Source: Blastocladiella emersonii ATCC 22665 (lineage: Eukaryota; Fungi; Blastocladiomycota). From it: DNA of 64,000 nt. The stretch's first letter is position 1. Each line of letters opens with the position of its first letter. The stretch covers positions 1,240,001 through 1,304,000 of the forward strand of contig JANHCV010000012.1 in NCBI GenBank assembly GCA_025594325.1. Direction: 5' to 3'. Position numbers and translations under genes: made by a program. Shown here one piece after another: positions 46,902-58,585 of the stretch. The notes under the pieces are model-generated. The model worked only from the letters and a program-made list of their open reading frames with translations. It did not search any database and was not told the origin of the DNA.

Positions 46902-49900
46902 ATGCCGTGCCCGATCAACCGCATCGACTTGCAGCAGTCGCCGCACACGCACCCGCGCGGCCTCGACTCGGGCGGCGACCTGCCGGGCCTCGCCCGCGAG
47001 CGCAAGCTGACCATCAACAGCCACGACCATGGCCATGGTCACGGCCACGGCTACGGCGGCCACGGCGGCGGCCACAGCCATCCGTCGTCGCCCGGCCTCG
47101 CGCACGCTCACGGCTCGGCGCCGTCCGACTTTGACCTGTCGGGCCCCGACCACGACGGGATGCCCGGCGGCGGCACTGGTGCCGCGGCCCACGCGGCGGC
47201 GGCCTACCACCCCGACCAGGAGCAGCGCGACATCGTGTCCACCTGGCGCGACTCCATGGACTCGAGCGTGCGCCGTATCTTCGAGAACCTGCGCCTCGGT
47301 ACGCGATCACTGATCCGCTCGTGGCCCGCAGCACTCGACTCACTGTAAACTTGTCCGCGTTTAGACATTGATCGCATGGAGGTGAACATCAAGCAGGCCG
47401 AGGGCGAGATCTTCCGTCAAGAGGAGGAGATCTTCTTTGTTCGACAGGACGAAATCGAACTCGACCAGATGCAGAAGCGGCAGACAGACGAGCTCAAGCG
47501 GGCCGACGACGTGTACCAGGCGATGCTCGACGAGCGCAAGACACGCAAGCACACCAAGAAGCTGCAGTCGCAGATCCACAAGGAGGCCAAGGCGCGGCAC
47601 CTCAAGATGACGTACCAGGACGAGGCCAAGCACATGGCGCTGCAGCTGCGCAACACGCTGGCGCAGCACCGCAAGCGGTTCGAGTTCCTCATCACGCACA
47701 TCGAGGCCAAGCACGACCGCCAGCGCGCGCAGCTCCGCGCCGCCCAGGACCGCAAGCTCAACGAGCAGCGCGCGCTGCTCGAGATCGAGACCAAGGGGCT
47801 CACCGAGGAGGTGCGCGCCGAGGTGTTCAAGGATTTCGCGTACCGCATGAACCACCAGTCGGCCGTCGACAAGCAGGTCTCGGAGCAGCTCCGCGACGTG
47901 CAGCGGCTCGAGCTCAAGCACCGCAAGGAGCGGTTCGACGCCGAGGCCAAGGCGCTCGAGGAGGTGGCCTTCCTGCGCGCCGCGCACCACCGCATCATCA
48001 ACGAGCTCGAGACCAAGCACCGGTTCGACTACGCCGCCGAGAAGGAGCGCATCGACGAGGCCCGCGAGAAGATCAAGCTCCTGCAGCTCGAAATCACGCA
48101 CCTCGCCGAGCTCAAGTCGCTGCGCGCCCTGCACAAGGTCCAGCTCGCGCAGGCCGCACGCACCCAGCGCGTCGCGTCCGCGCTCCGCCTCAAGAAGTGG
48201 CGCGACGTGCTCAACCCCGAGGCCGGCGACGAGGACGCGAGCGACGTGCACGGCGCGCTCGGCGCCGTTAGCCTCTCGAATGTCGGGTCGCAGGCCGCCC
48301 TGCACCACGCCGAGGACGCGACCGCATCGTCGTCCGACAGCCTGCACGACGACCAGCCGTTCCACGCGGGCCAGCACGCGCACGGCCACGGCGCCGCGCA
48401 TGGCGGGATGGGCGGCGGCATGATGGGTGGGTACGGCGACGAGGAGACGTCATCGATCCCCGAGACGGTGCGCGACAACTCCAACTCGGACGCGGCGACC
48501 AAGGCGCTGCTCGAGGACCAGGCCAAGGCCAAGGACACGCTCGAGAAGATGGTCGAGCAGCTCAAGCACCAGCTGGCGCGGCAGAAGGAGGAGCTCAAGC
48601 GCGTGCAGCGCGAGCTGGGCGACGACCAGCGGCGCGTCGAGCAGTCCATCAAGGCGCGCATGGACGAGCTCGACCTGCAGCAGGACACGGAGATGCGCAG
48701 CACGCGCAAGTCGCACGAGTCGGCCGTCGCCGACATGATCGCCATGCAGCAGCGCGAGTACCAGATGGACGCCAACATCCGCGTCACCGAGCGCAAGATG
48801 CTGACCGAGCGCCGCACGCTCAACTCGATCCTCGACGCCGTCTACGACGCCATCGTCAACATCCGCCCCGACGGCATCATCACGCGCTTCAACTCGGCCG
48901 CCGAGAAGATCTTTGGGTACAAGGCCGAGGAGGTCATCGGCAAGAACGTGCGCATGCTCACGCCCGAGGAGGTGTCGCGCAAGCACGACGGGTACCTCAC
49001 CAAATACCTGACCACGGGCGTCAAGTCCAAGGCGTGGAACGGCATCTCCAACTCGGGCCGCCGCAAGGACGGCAGGTACGCTCCTTTCCGTGTCGCTGCA
49101 CCACTCGCCGTCGGCGTGACTAACCTTCGTTTAACGTACGATAGCCTGTTCCCGATCATCCTGTCGGTCTCCGAGGTCAAGGAGGAGGACTTCCACCTGT
49201 TCACGGGCGTGGTGCGCGACGTGACCGAGAAGCAGCGCAACGAGGAGCTGGCGCGCGCCGAGCAGGAGCGCAAGGAGTCGGAGATGGAGGCGCTCATCTC
49301 GCTGCTCGACGTGGAGCGCACCAAGTCGCAGTCGCTCATCAAGGAGATCCTGCCCGAGTCGATTGCGGCGCAGCTGATGCGCGGCGAGGCCGTGGTCCCG
49401 CGCACGTACCCGGACGCGACCGTCCTGTACACGGACCTGGTCGGGTTCACGGCCATCTCGTCGGCAGCGCGCCCGCTCGACGTCGTCGACATGCTCAACG
49501 ACCTGTACTCGTCGTTCGACGAGATCATCGAGCAGTACGACGTGTACAAGGTCGAGACCATCGGCGACTCGTACATGGTCGCCTCGGGCGTGCCTCGCCC
49601 GAACGGCAACAAGCACCTGACCGAGATGGCCAAGCTCGCGATCCACCTCGTCAAGGCCATCAGCACCGTCAAGATCCGCCACCTGCCCGACGTGACGCTG
49701 CGCATGCGCATCGGCATCCACACGGGCCCCGTCGTCGCGGGCGTCGTCGGCCGCAAGATGCCCCGCTACTGCCTGTTCGGCGACACGGTCTCGATCGCCA
49801 GCAAGATGGAGTCGTCGGGCGTGCCCATGAAGATCCAGGTCTCGGAGACCACGCACGACCGCCTCGACGCCCTCGGCGGGTTCAACTTTGAGGCCCGCGG

Positions 49901-50213
49901 CGAGATGAACATTCCGGTACGCTTGGCTGCTGGTGCTGCACGTTTTGTCGCGAGCAGCTCACTGACTCGCGTATTCAACCGCACGCGTACGTAGGGCAAG
50001 GGCATGGTCCGCACCTACTTCCTGACCGGCTGCGACGGCTTCAACCCGGTCCTCGCGCCAGTCGAGGAGAGCGTCGGGTCGCCGCTCTCGGCGCTCGCCC
50101 TCAGCAACCTCAAGATCGACCAGCCCGAGAGCCAGGACGATGGCCGCAACCTGTTCGTGTCAGACGGCGCGAGCAGCAGTAGCAGTAGCAGCCGCCCGCA
50201 GTCGGGGATTTGA
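46902..50213 (+). CDS. Coiled-coil + FixL-like PAS + guanylate cyclase (class III), 3 introns
   Basis: PAS: DAIVNI..GIITRFNSAAEKIFGYKAEEVIGKNVRML..KHDGYL..RKDGSLFPI.LSV..FTGVVRD. Cyclase: LYTDLVGFT, KVETIGDSYM, RIGIHTGPVVAGVVG.KMPRYCLFGDTV. Confidence 0.92.
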
Positions 50214-50902
50214 TGGTCGACTTGATGACGCATGATAAGCTGTAATACATGAAAGTTGTGGGGAAACAACGGTCATAAATCGGAGATGACTTTGACCACG
50301 CTCAGCTCGGACGATCGGCTTTGAGACTTGGCTCCATGCAAGCGAACCGAGAATGCCGCGCAGTTCCTCGTCGATGTGGTTGATGAATGCCATGGCCGTC
50401 TCGTGTGAGCCTCCCAAGGGCGCGCTTCCTCAAACCCTACGGCACTTCGATCTCAGCAATATCGAAGTCAGCGAACAGCACAGCGAGACCTCGAGCCTGC
50501 TTATGCCCACTGCCAAGCAGGCATACCACGTGCTGACATCGCCGAAACGGCTCCCAGCCATTGGTCCTTTGCGCATCGGTTGGCGCAAACCCTTGCGCGA
50601 ACCCCCCTTGCGCGACCCTTTGCGCGAGGGTTTGCGCAAAGGGGCCGATGTTGGGCACCATCGAGACCTCATGTATGCGCAAACCAGGGCCTCGGTTCGC
50701 GCAAACGTTGGCGCAAGAGGTCGCGCCTGGTTCGCGCCGCCGGACGCGTTGCGCCTCAATATAGAATCACGGTGCTCACCCTGACAGGCATTCCGATAGA
50801 CCGATTCGAGTAATAGCTCTGTATTAACCATGATACGCCGCTACGCGCGGCCGCCACCGCGCCCATCAGGGCCCTCGCGCGGCCCGAGCTCGTCCGCGAC
50901 CA

Positions 50903-51622
50903 CTACCGCCGCCGCCACTCCTTGATGCGCGGGGACGGGTGCTTGAGCTCGGTCTCGATGCCGCCGACCCGTGGCCGCCCGCCCACCTTCGACGTGCCAG
51001 TCGATCTTGATCGGGCCGAGCGGGCGCGCTTGATGGCCGCGCGGAGGCTGGCGCCCTTGATCTCCTTGAGCGACGTGATCTCGCACTTGGCGTCGGCGAT
51101 GGCCACGGTCACCGACCGTCGCAGCGAGTCGAGCTTGGACTTGTGCGCCGCTGACTGTCGTTGCCCTGGTGCGGAGGGGCAAGGGGTTAGCGAGGCGGTG
51201 CGAAGCGGTAGTTGTGCGCGAGAGACGCACCGAGTGGTCATGATGGCCGCGGGCGACTTGTCCGTGCGCGACAGCGAGTCGAGGAACTTGGACTTGTCGA
51301 TCACGACGCCAGCGACCTACAGCTTGATCTGTAGCGGGGTTGATGCGAGCGTGTCAGAGAGGGTCTCGTGGCGCGCGTCTAAGGCCGCGTACCAGATCGA
51401 GAACGCACCGCGACCAAGCTTGCTCTGGATCTTGCCGTACTCGACCTCGAACGCTTTGACGGGTGTGAGGAAGTCGATGGCCATGGTCGGGGCCGTGGTT
51501 GACGTTGCTCGAGGTCTTGACGGCCGTCGCGGACGCGTCCTTGGTGACCATGGCGGTGCAGTTGGTGATCGAGTCGATCTCGGCCTTGACGACACCATGG
51601 GCGCGCGGGCGACGGCGGCCAC
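50903..51622 (-). pseudogene. Decayed accessory ORF inside the CACTA element
   Basis: Coding-like segments GVVKAEIDSITNC, AIDFLTPVKAFEVEYGKIQ, VIDKSKFLDSL and KSKLDSLRRSV, with a frameshift, an in-frame TAG and a GTGCGT...CAG intron. Confidence 0.45.
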
Positions 51623-52604
51623 GATGTCCGAGCGGCGCAGACGCCCACAGCGAGTGAGAAAGCGTACCGCATCGCGGAGCAGCTTGGCGGCCTTGATTAC
51701 GGCGACGTGTTCGCAGTGTCGCTACACGGCCGACAACGCGTCAGAAAGCGGGTCGCATTGTGGACGCGGCGATCCGCGCGCACACCTCGTTGAACTCGGC
51801 CGTGCACACGCTTGGCGAGGCCCTTGTCGAGCAGCCTGGTCGCGTCGGGAGCTCGACCTTGCGCGCGTCACCGAGGTGGTCGATAGTGTCGGACGAGGCG
51901 CGCTTGGCGCGGGTCAGCACAAGCGCCCGGTGGGTGGAGATCTGAAAACGTGGGGCGACGTGGGGAACAAGTGAGCGGTGTTTGAGCGGCACAGCAGGGC
52001 GGCGAGTGATTAGGGGGTGATGACGGGCGCAACCAAGCCAATCCGACGCATGGGTCAATCGGCAGCGGTCCCGCGCGTGGCGAGGGCGAAGGGTGTCGAG
52101 GGAAAGAGCGAAAGTGGGGCAGATGAGTCGACGGAAAATGCGCCCTCGCGGCGACTCAGCACGACGCGGATGCACCGCCGCAGAGGCGACGTACGCCTCC
52201 TTGGTGGCCCTGAGCACGTCTCGGGGGTCGGTTCGTCGTCTTAGGCGAGCGTGGAGGCCGCGGACACGACTCGGACCCGGCGAGCGACGCGGCGAAGGCG
52301 GCCTCACGACGCGGGCGCCGCGTTGGCCGGCGCAGTGTGGGCAACGTACGGGCGGGGCTGCATGCGATGCCGAGGGGAGTGGTGCGTCAAATGCATGGTG
52401 ATAGAGGGGTCGGGCGGGGACTTGGCGGTTCGGCGGGAGCGGCAGCCATCCGCGCCCAACGCGCGCGCTGAACAAGGATCGGCGAAGGGCGGAAGCGTCA
52501 CGTGGCATGACCTTCGCGTCCCTCGCCTCCCTCACCGCTCGACGCACCATGCAAACCCATCTTGCGACTCTATGCAACCGACCTGAAATACCGAGCTCTA
52601 CCTC

Positions 52605-54075
52605 TTGCTATGCCTGACGCTGTCAAATCTGTGTGTTTGCGCTCACACAGCTCCGATCTCGCGGTCAGAACTCGTCAAGTTCAAACTTCTCACGCTCTAT
52701 GAGCTCCACTGCACTCTGCTCCGCGGATCAGCGCCGAGCGACCGGTCGCCCGAGTACGCTGAACTGGCCCTCGGCTGGTTCGACCAGGCCGCTCGCCTTG
52801 TGTGTGCGTGCCTCAACAACTACACCATGATCCACACGCCCAAGTACCACTGCCTGAGCGAGTACGTCGAGTTCATCAAGCGCTTCGGCCCCACCACGAA
52901 CCTGTCGACCGAGGCGAGGGAGCGCATGTACCAGTTCAACGCCTAGATCGCGGCCAAGTTCACAAACCACACGGCGACCTCGACTGAGCAGATGTTATTA
53001 CGCGTGGCCTCGTGCGAGGCCCTGCAGGCGATCGTGCGCACGCTCGTGAGGGAGTGCGACCCCGCAGTACAGATTTGCTTACTCTCGCGCGCCGTGGAGC
53101 ACCACTAACGCTCACATCGTCACGATTGCGTAACAGGAATACGAGGGCATGGACGAGGTCTTCAACAACCTGGCCGGCGTGCGCCTGACCACGCTCAAGG
53201 TGACAACGTTTGACCTCATCAAGTTTGGTCCTGGGCGCGAGGAACACTTCTCGTTTGGCACGACCGCGAGCTCGAGCATGGACCAGCTCTCGACCCGGAC
53301 CCCGTTCCTCGCCCAGATCCTCCATGGTTACCTGGCCGAGGACGCTGGACTCTCGGCGCAGCGCGCGGCCGACGATCCGCTCATGCGTCCTGACGACGGC
53401 AAGGTACTCGCGTGCGCGCGAACTGTATCGCAAACACTTGAAGCTGACGCTCCCGGCTCGCGACGTGTGTAGTTCCTCATGTCCAAGGCGCGATCTCCTT
53501 CGAGGCCTTCTCGCTCGGCGGGTTCCGCAACGAGCAGCTCACGGGCAAGTGCGAGTTCCCGACCCGCGGCAAGACGCACGCGGACTGGGTCATGGTTCGC
53601 TGCTTGCTGAGCTCGCACCGAACGATTCGGTCGCTAACATCTGCTTTCTCGCGTACGGTAGTATCTCACGTCGGACAAGAAGTACCGCGTCGGGAAGCTG
53701 GCCGCCGCGCTGCACTTTACGCACAACGGCACCGAGCACGACGTGGCCATCGTCAAGCAGTTCCGCGTCCAGGACGACGCGCCGGGCGGCGGCAAAAAGT
53801 ACAAAAACATCCCGGTGCAGGTCCTCGCCCTGCATCCCGCGGTGCCGGGGATGAGTCTCGGCCGCTACCATGCCGTGGACGTGGCGGCCTTCCAGACCTT
53901 TGTCCACGTCGTGCCCAACTACGACCGGCCCGCAGCGCCCACGCGTTCGGGCGCAGGCAACGCCCTGCTCGAGAGCGAGTACAGGGAGTGGCTGCTCAAC
54001 CCGTTCGACTGCGCTGGGTCGGCCGCGCTCATGGCGTACCTGTGGGAGTGCGACCTACTCGAGGTGATTGTGTAG
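52605..54075 (+). pseudogene. C-terminal remnant of CACTA/Plavaka-like transposase, intron-containing
   Basis: HTPKYHCLSEYVEFIKRFGPTTNLSTEARERM (PKxH..FGP..ST.ER motif); terminal FVHVVPNY..WLLNPF. Confidence 0.75.
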
Positions 54076-55489
54076 GGGAACCCGGTCGGGTCCCGCGGCG
54101 GCGCGTAGCGAGCGCCGTCTCTTGCAAGACCAGCGACGAGGACGAGTTGCGGCGCGTGGCGGGCGCCGCTGGTCGAAATACATGACCTCGTTCTCTCAGA
54201 TCATCACTCTCGCTGCCGCATCGGTGACTTTATGCGTTTCGCGCTCGCGAGCGACGCAGTGTCACGGGTCGAACACGAGTCGAAGCGCATAACCTCTCTT
54301 CACCGCGTCAAAGTCTCAGGCAATCGCTCATAAATAGGTTGCATCAAGTCGCCGGAGCAGAAAATTCATGGTTCATACTGGTCGATGCGTGCGTGGGGAG
54401 CGGGGACTTGGAGATGGCGAGGGCACCGACCCGGTTCGCGCGACCCTTTGCGCAAACCCCTGCGCCACTTTAGCTGGCGCCGCGGCCGGGTTTGCGCAAA
54501 CCCCTTTGCGCAAAGGGTCGCGCAGCCGGAGCCGTTTCGGCGATGGATCACGGAGCTCCCGTCCGATCTTGAGACGCTAGACATTGCGGGTCCCGAGCTT
54601 GACGAGGAGCATGTGGCGCTGCTTGTCGAGCGCTGTCCGCCATCGCTCATGTTTCTCACCTTCACGCGGTCCAGCAGCTACACCAACCAGCAGCTCTTCA
54701 CCGAGGTCGTGTGCAAGCTGCCCACATCCACCATGATCGCAGCGCCCAAACCGATTGCGGATAAGGGTGCCCGCAAGCCCGAGAGCGGGAACCGACGCGG
54801 GGGTTTGGACTTGCTGCAGGCTCTTGGAACCGAGGGCGAGGCCGAGGGCAAGTGCGACTGCAGCAAGGGCGACGACAGAAAGCTGTATAGCTTCTGCGGG
54901 TACGGGTACAGACGCGCGAGCGGAAGCGTCCCAGAGTGTCTCGTTGTCAGCGCTCGCTGGAGACCTGGGGATGCGCATGGCCGTGGCCATGATCGCTTAC
55001 ACTAGCGAGGTCATGACCCGCCATGTCCAAGGCGATGAGGATGACACGAGCAGCAGTGAAGGTACTGGCGGCGATAGCGCTAGCGACGATGGGACCAGCA
55101 GCGGCGGCAGTGACGAGTCCTCGGAAGACGACGGGGAGCTTGAGTCGCACGGCGACGGGGACGAGTAGCTGTTCTCGCCCACAGGACGGCGCTCGCGGCG
55201 TCGGTAGCGTTATCTCCTCCCTCTCTTCATTGAATACATGATCGTCATTGCGCCCGTCTCCACAGACCTGCCCCCGTCCGCTTGCGCGCGCGGGGTGGTC
55301 ACCGGACGGGAGAAACTGTGCAACGCTCTCCCAGCTGCAACGTTGTCCTGATCTCCTGCCAAAACGAGTCCAAGGCTCGCTCAATCAAAGGTATACAAGA
55401 GTGATATTCCATTTGTATTGCATGCGAGCGGTGGGAGAGCGAGGACCGAACGGCCGACCTCGTCCGCTCTTGTGGCCCCTCCTCCCGCA

Positions 55490-58400
55490 ATGAACCCGCA
55501 TGCACCCAACACTATCAATGAAGCACCACGCAAGCAGCTGCCAGACTCGGTGCATCGGGCCAAGCGCGCCCGCACCGACGCACCGCGGGCCGCGGTCGCC
55601 GCCGTCCCTGTCCCTGCTCCCGCCCCCGTCGCCGTTCCGGCACCACGACAACTGCTGCCCGTCGAGGCCGTGCTCGACCTGGTTGCGTCACGCCGACGCA
55701 CCGCACCCGTCGACACGCTGAACGTGCACGCGGTAGGCGTCGTCGCCGCACGGAGCGTGTCGCCGGCGTCCACTCGCGCAAAACCGCTGCTCCTGGTGCG
55801 CCTGACGTCGGCGTCGCGCGAACACGCGGACGCAGCCGACCCGCCGGCGCTGCTCGCGTGCCTCAAGTGGACGCACCTCGAGCGGCTGGCGGGCGCCGAG
55901 CCCGTGGACGCGTACGTCGCGCGGGTCCTCGCCATCAACGCGGTCGTCGCGCTCACCCACCTCTACTACCGCGCAACGCCGCCCGAGGGCCCGGGCGGGT
56001 TCGACCGGTGGGGGTCGACGGGCAAGACGGCCGTGGTGCCCGAGGAGATCGTCCGCGCGCACTACCTCGTGCAGGGCGACCGCGGGCGCCCGCTCGAGGC
56101 GACGGCAAGGCGCGACCACGTCATGTCGTCGCAGGCGCTCGTGCGCAGCGCCATGTGGGGCACCTCCTCGCAGCACTCGAACCCGCCGAGCCAGGCGCCG
56201 CCGGTGCCCGAGCTGCGGCGGGCGTACGGACCGGGCGCGGTTCCGCCGCCACCCGACCTCGAGTTTGAGATGACGCAGGCAGCCGCGGTCGACGACCCCT
56301 CGCTCCTCGCCGGCATCGACCCCGCTGTCAACCCGCACACGCTCTCGTTCCAGGGCACCATCACGCGGTGCCTGTCGTACGCGCTGGGCCTGTACGAGGC
56401 GGACCGGCAGATCGTGGTGCTTCTGTTCCACCACCATGCCGCGTCGCTAGCGCCGCGCCACGCGCGGTACCCGGTCCCGATCCGCCTCGACAACGTGCAC
56501 CTGTGGACGCTCGACCCGGCGACGCTCGCGCCGCCGCTTGCCGCGGTCCTCGGCGTCACGCCGCACAACACGCCGTTCCCGATCTGCGTCGCGTGCGCGT
56601 ACTCGACCGTGACGTGGGGGACCGCCAGCTCGCCCGACCCGGCTATTCCGGACCTCTCCGCCAACGACCAATTCTGGCTCCGCGCGGTCCATCCGCTGCG
56701 CGGGATGCTGGTCCCCGTCGCGACGCTGCTGCACTGGGCGGGCGCCGCCATGGAGCTCGTGGCGCAGATCGACGCGCTGACGCCGCCGCCAAATGCGCCC
56801 GAACCGCCTGCGGTCCCGCCCGACTGCCCACTCCCGCCGCCGCCGCCTGCACACTCGCGCCCGCACGCGCTCGGGTTCACGGTGCTCCACACGGCGTACC
56901 TCGCGCGGTTCAACGCGCGCGCACCCGTGTTCGCGCGCCGCGTCTGGTCCGCCGAGTTTGTTGAGCACCCGGGCCACTGCTCGGTGCTCGGGTACCCGCC
57001 GCCGGCGGCGGGAGCGGGCGCGGGACGGGTTGGACTCGTCACGGCGCGCGGGCCCGACCAGCTCACGAGCCGCGGCGCGGACGGCAAGTCGCTCCCGCTC
57101 GCGCTGCGGGACACGTGTCCGTCGCTCCTCGGCCACGTCGTGTGGATCGCGGACCCGCGGTTCGTGCGCGACGAGGCGACGGGCGAGGAGTGGGTCGTCG
57201 CTGACGCGCCGCCGCTCATTGTGCGCCGCATCGACCATGGGGGCGGCGGCGAGGGCGGCGAGTGGTTCGCGATCTCGCTGCGCTCCGTCACCCGCAACAG
57301 CGCCGACGGTGTCGCGCTACACGGCGTCGGCGGGCGGTACGCGGGTGAGAAGGACCGGCGGATCGTGGTCCGCGGCGTCGCTGCCTCTGGCCCGCGCACG
57401 TGGGCGGCCGCGGTGCGGCTCCACGAGGTGTATGCGGTGCGTGCGCGCGTCGAGGCCGAGGGTGCCGACGAGATTGTCCTCGCGGCGCCGTCGTGCGTCC
57501 TCCCGCTCGACGCCGCACGGATGCAGCGGTTCTGGCCGCGCCGGCCCGCACCCGCTCCAGCGCCGACGCCGGCCACGCTTCCCGCGCAATGGTCCCACCT
57601 CGCCGCGGCTCCGTTTGACGTGACCCCCGTCGCCCGCGTTCTCGACGACGACCACGACCTCCCGGCTGGCGGGACCGTGCACCTCGCGGGCACCATCGCC
57701 GCGTACCAAGTCGCGCCCGTGCGGCCCGGCCCCGCGCGCCCGCGCCGCGTCAAGCTCACGCTCGTCGACGCGCGCGACCGGATCAACCGCATCGTCGTGT
57801 ACCTCCCGGACCCGAGCTACCTCCCGTTCCCGTGTTTTCGGGTGAGCGACGCGGTCGTCCTCGTCTCGCACCTCACGCCGACGGCCGGCGGGCCCGGTGG
57901 GCGGACGGCGGTCGCGACGCACGCGACACGCGTGCAGGTCTTCGCGGGGCGCGAACTGGATCCGCCGCCGCCCGCTCAAGAGGGGGACGCCGGGTGGTGG
58001 ACCCCGCCGCGCATCCGGTCGCACGCGCACCGGCTCACACCAAGCGGTTTCGCCCTGCCGCTCCGCCCGCTCACATCTCTCCCACCGCGCTCGCTCGCCG
58101 CCTCAATCGTGCGCGTGGTCCGCGCCCCGTCGCTGTCCGTATACCTCTCCTGCACGTCGTGCGGCGGTACCGTGACATCGTCGCGGTGCACTGCCGGGTG
58201 TGCCTCTCCAAACTGGCAGATCGAGTGCCGCGGGACCGTGACGCTCGCGGACGCGGGCGGGAGCGGGACGGCCGACACCGTGTGCGACGCGTGGGCCGCG
58301 TGGCGCGAGTGGACGCGCGGGACAGAGGGGGTCGAGGCGGCGGCGGCGGAGCGCGGGATGCGAAGGATCGTGGTGCGCGAGGCGGGCGACAGGGCGCCCG

Positions 58401-58552
58401 CGGACCTCGTGCTCGACCCGCGCGCGCGGTTCGAGGTGGCCGTCGCGCGCGCGGGCATGGGCGAGCCCGTGGTCGTCCCGCTGCGCGTGGTGGCGAGCCG
58501 GCGGGTCGCGGACGCGCGGGCGGCGGCGTGGCGGATGTTGGCGTCCGGTTGA
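55490..58552 (+). CDS. CTC1-like multi-OB-fold protein (CST complex subunit), intronless
   Basis: LSFQGTITRCLSYALGLYEADRQIVVLL..IRLDNVHL resembles metazoan CTC1 (LSYSGAVTG..GLYELDGQL..LQDVHL); C-terminal YLSCTSCGG..CTAGC Zn motif. Confidence 0.65.
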   Translation: MNPHAPNTINEAPRKQLPDSVHRAKRARTDAPRAAVAAVPVPAPAPVAVPAPRQLLPVEAVLDLVASRRRTAPVDTLNVHAVGVVAARSVSPASTRAKPLLLVRLTSASREHADAADPPALLACLKWTHLERLAGAEPVDAYVARVLAINAVVALTHLYYRATPPEGPGGFDRWGSTGKTAVVPEEIVRAHYLVQGDRGRPLEATARRDHVMSSQALVRSAMWGTSSQHSNPPSQAPPVPELRRAYGPGAVPPPPDLEFEMTQAAAVDDPSLLAGIDPAVNPHTLSFQGTITRCLSYALGLYEADRQIVVLLFHHHAASLAPRHARYPVPIRLDNVHLWTLDPATLAPPLAAVLGVTPHNTPFPICVACAYSTVTWGTASSPDPAIPDLSANDQFWLRAVHPLRGMLVPVATLLHWAGAAMELVAQIDALTPPPNAPEPPAVPPDCPLPPPPPAHSRPHALGFTVLHTAYLARFNARAPVFARRVWSAEFVEHPGHCSVLGYPPPAAGAGAGRVGLVTARGPDQLTSRGADGKSLPLALRDTCPSLLGHVVWIADPRFVRDEATGEEWVVADAPPLIVRRIDHGGGGEGGEWFAISLRSVTRNSADGVALHGVGGRYAGEKDRRIVVRGVAASGPRTWAAAVRLHEVYAVRARVEAEGADEIVLAAPSCVLPLDAARMQRFWPRRPAPAPAPTPATLPAQWSHLAAAPFDVTPVARVLDDDHDLPAGGTVHLAGTIAAYQVAPVRPGPARPRRVKLTLVDARDRINRIVVYLPDPSYLPFPCFRVSDAVVLVSHLTPTAGGPGGRTAVATHATRVQVFAGRELDPPPPAQEGDAGWWTPPRIRSHAHRLTPSGFALPLRPLTSLPPRSLAASIVRVVRAPSLSVYLSCTSCGGTVTSSRCTAGCASPNWQIECRGTVTLADAGGSGTADTVCDAWAAWREWTRGTEGVEAAAAERGMRRIVVREAGDRAPADLVLDPRARFEVAVARAGMGEPVVVPLRVVASRRVADARAAAWRMLASG

Positions 58553-58585
58553 CGTACGGTTAGTTCATATATATACAGCTATCCC

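Larger units (their letters stand above)
50537..54545 (+). mobile_element. CACTA/EnSpm (CMC)-type DNA transposon, internally deleted, 4009 bp
   Basis: Perfect 18-bp TIR CATCGCCGAAACGGCTCC (50537-50554 / 54528-54545); 2-bp TSD GA; subterminal TTTGCGCAAA/GCGCAAACCC repeats at both ends; transposase C-terminal remnant inside. Confidence 0.88.
50353..55168 (+). pseudogene. LRR-like gene fragment split by the CACTA element (50353-50536 joined to 54548-55168)
   Basis: ALPQTLRHFDLSNIEV..AYHVL + ITELPSDLETLDIAG..RCPPSLMFLTF are in frame once the element and one GA copy are removed. Confidence 0.7.
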
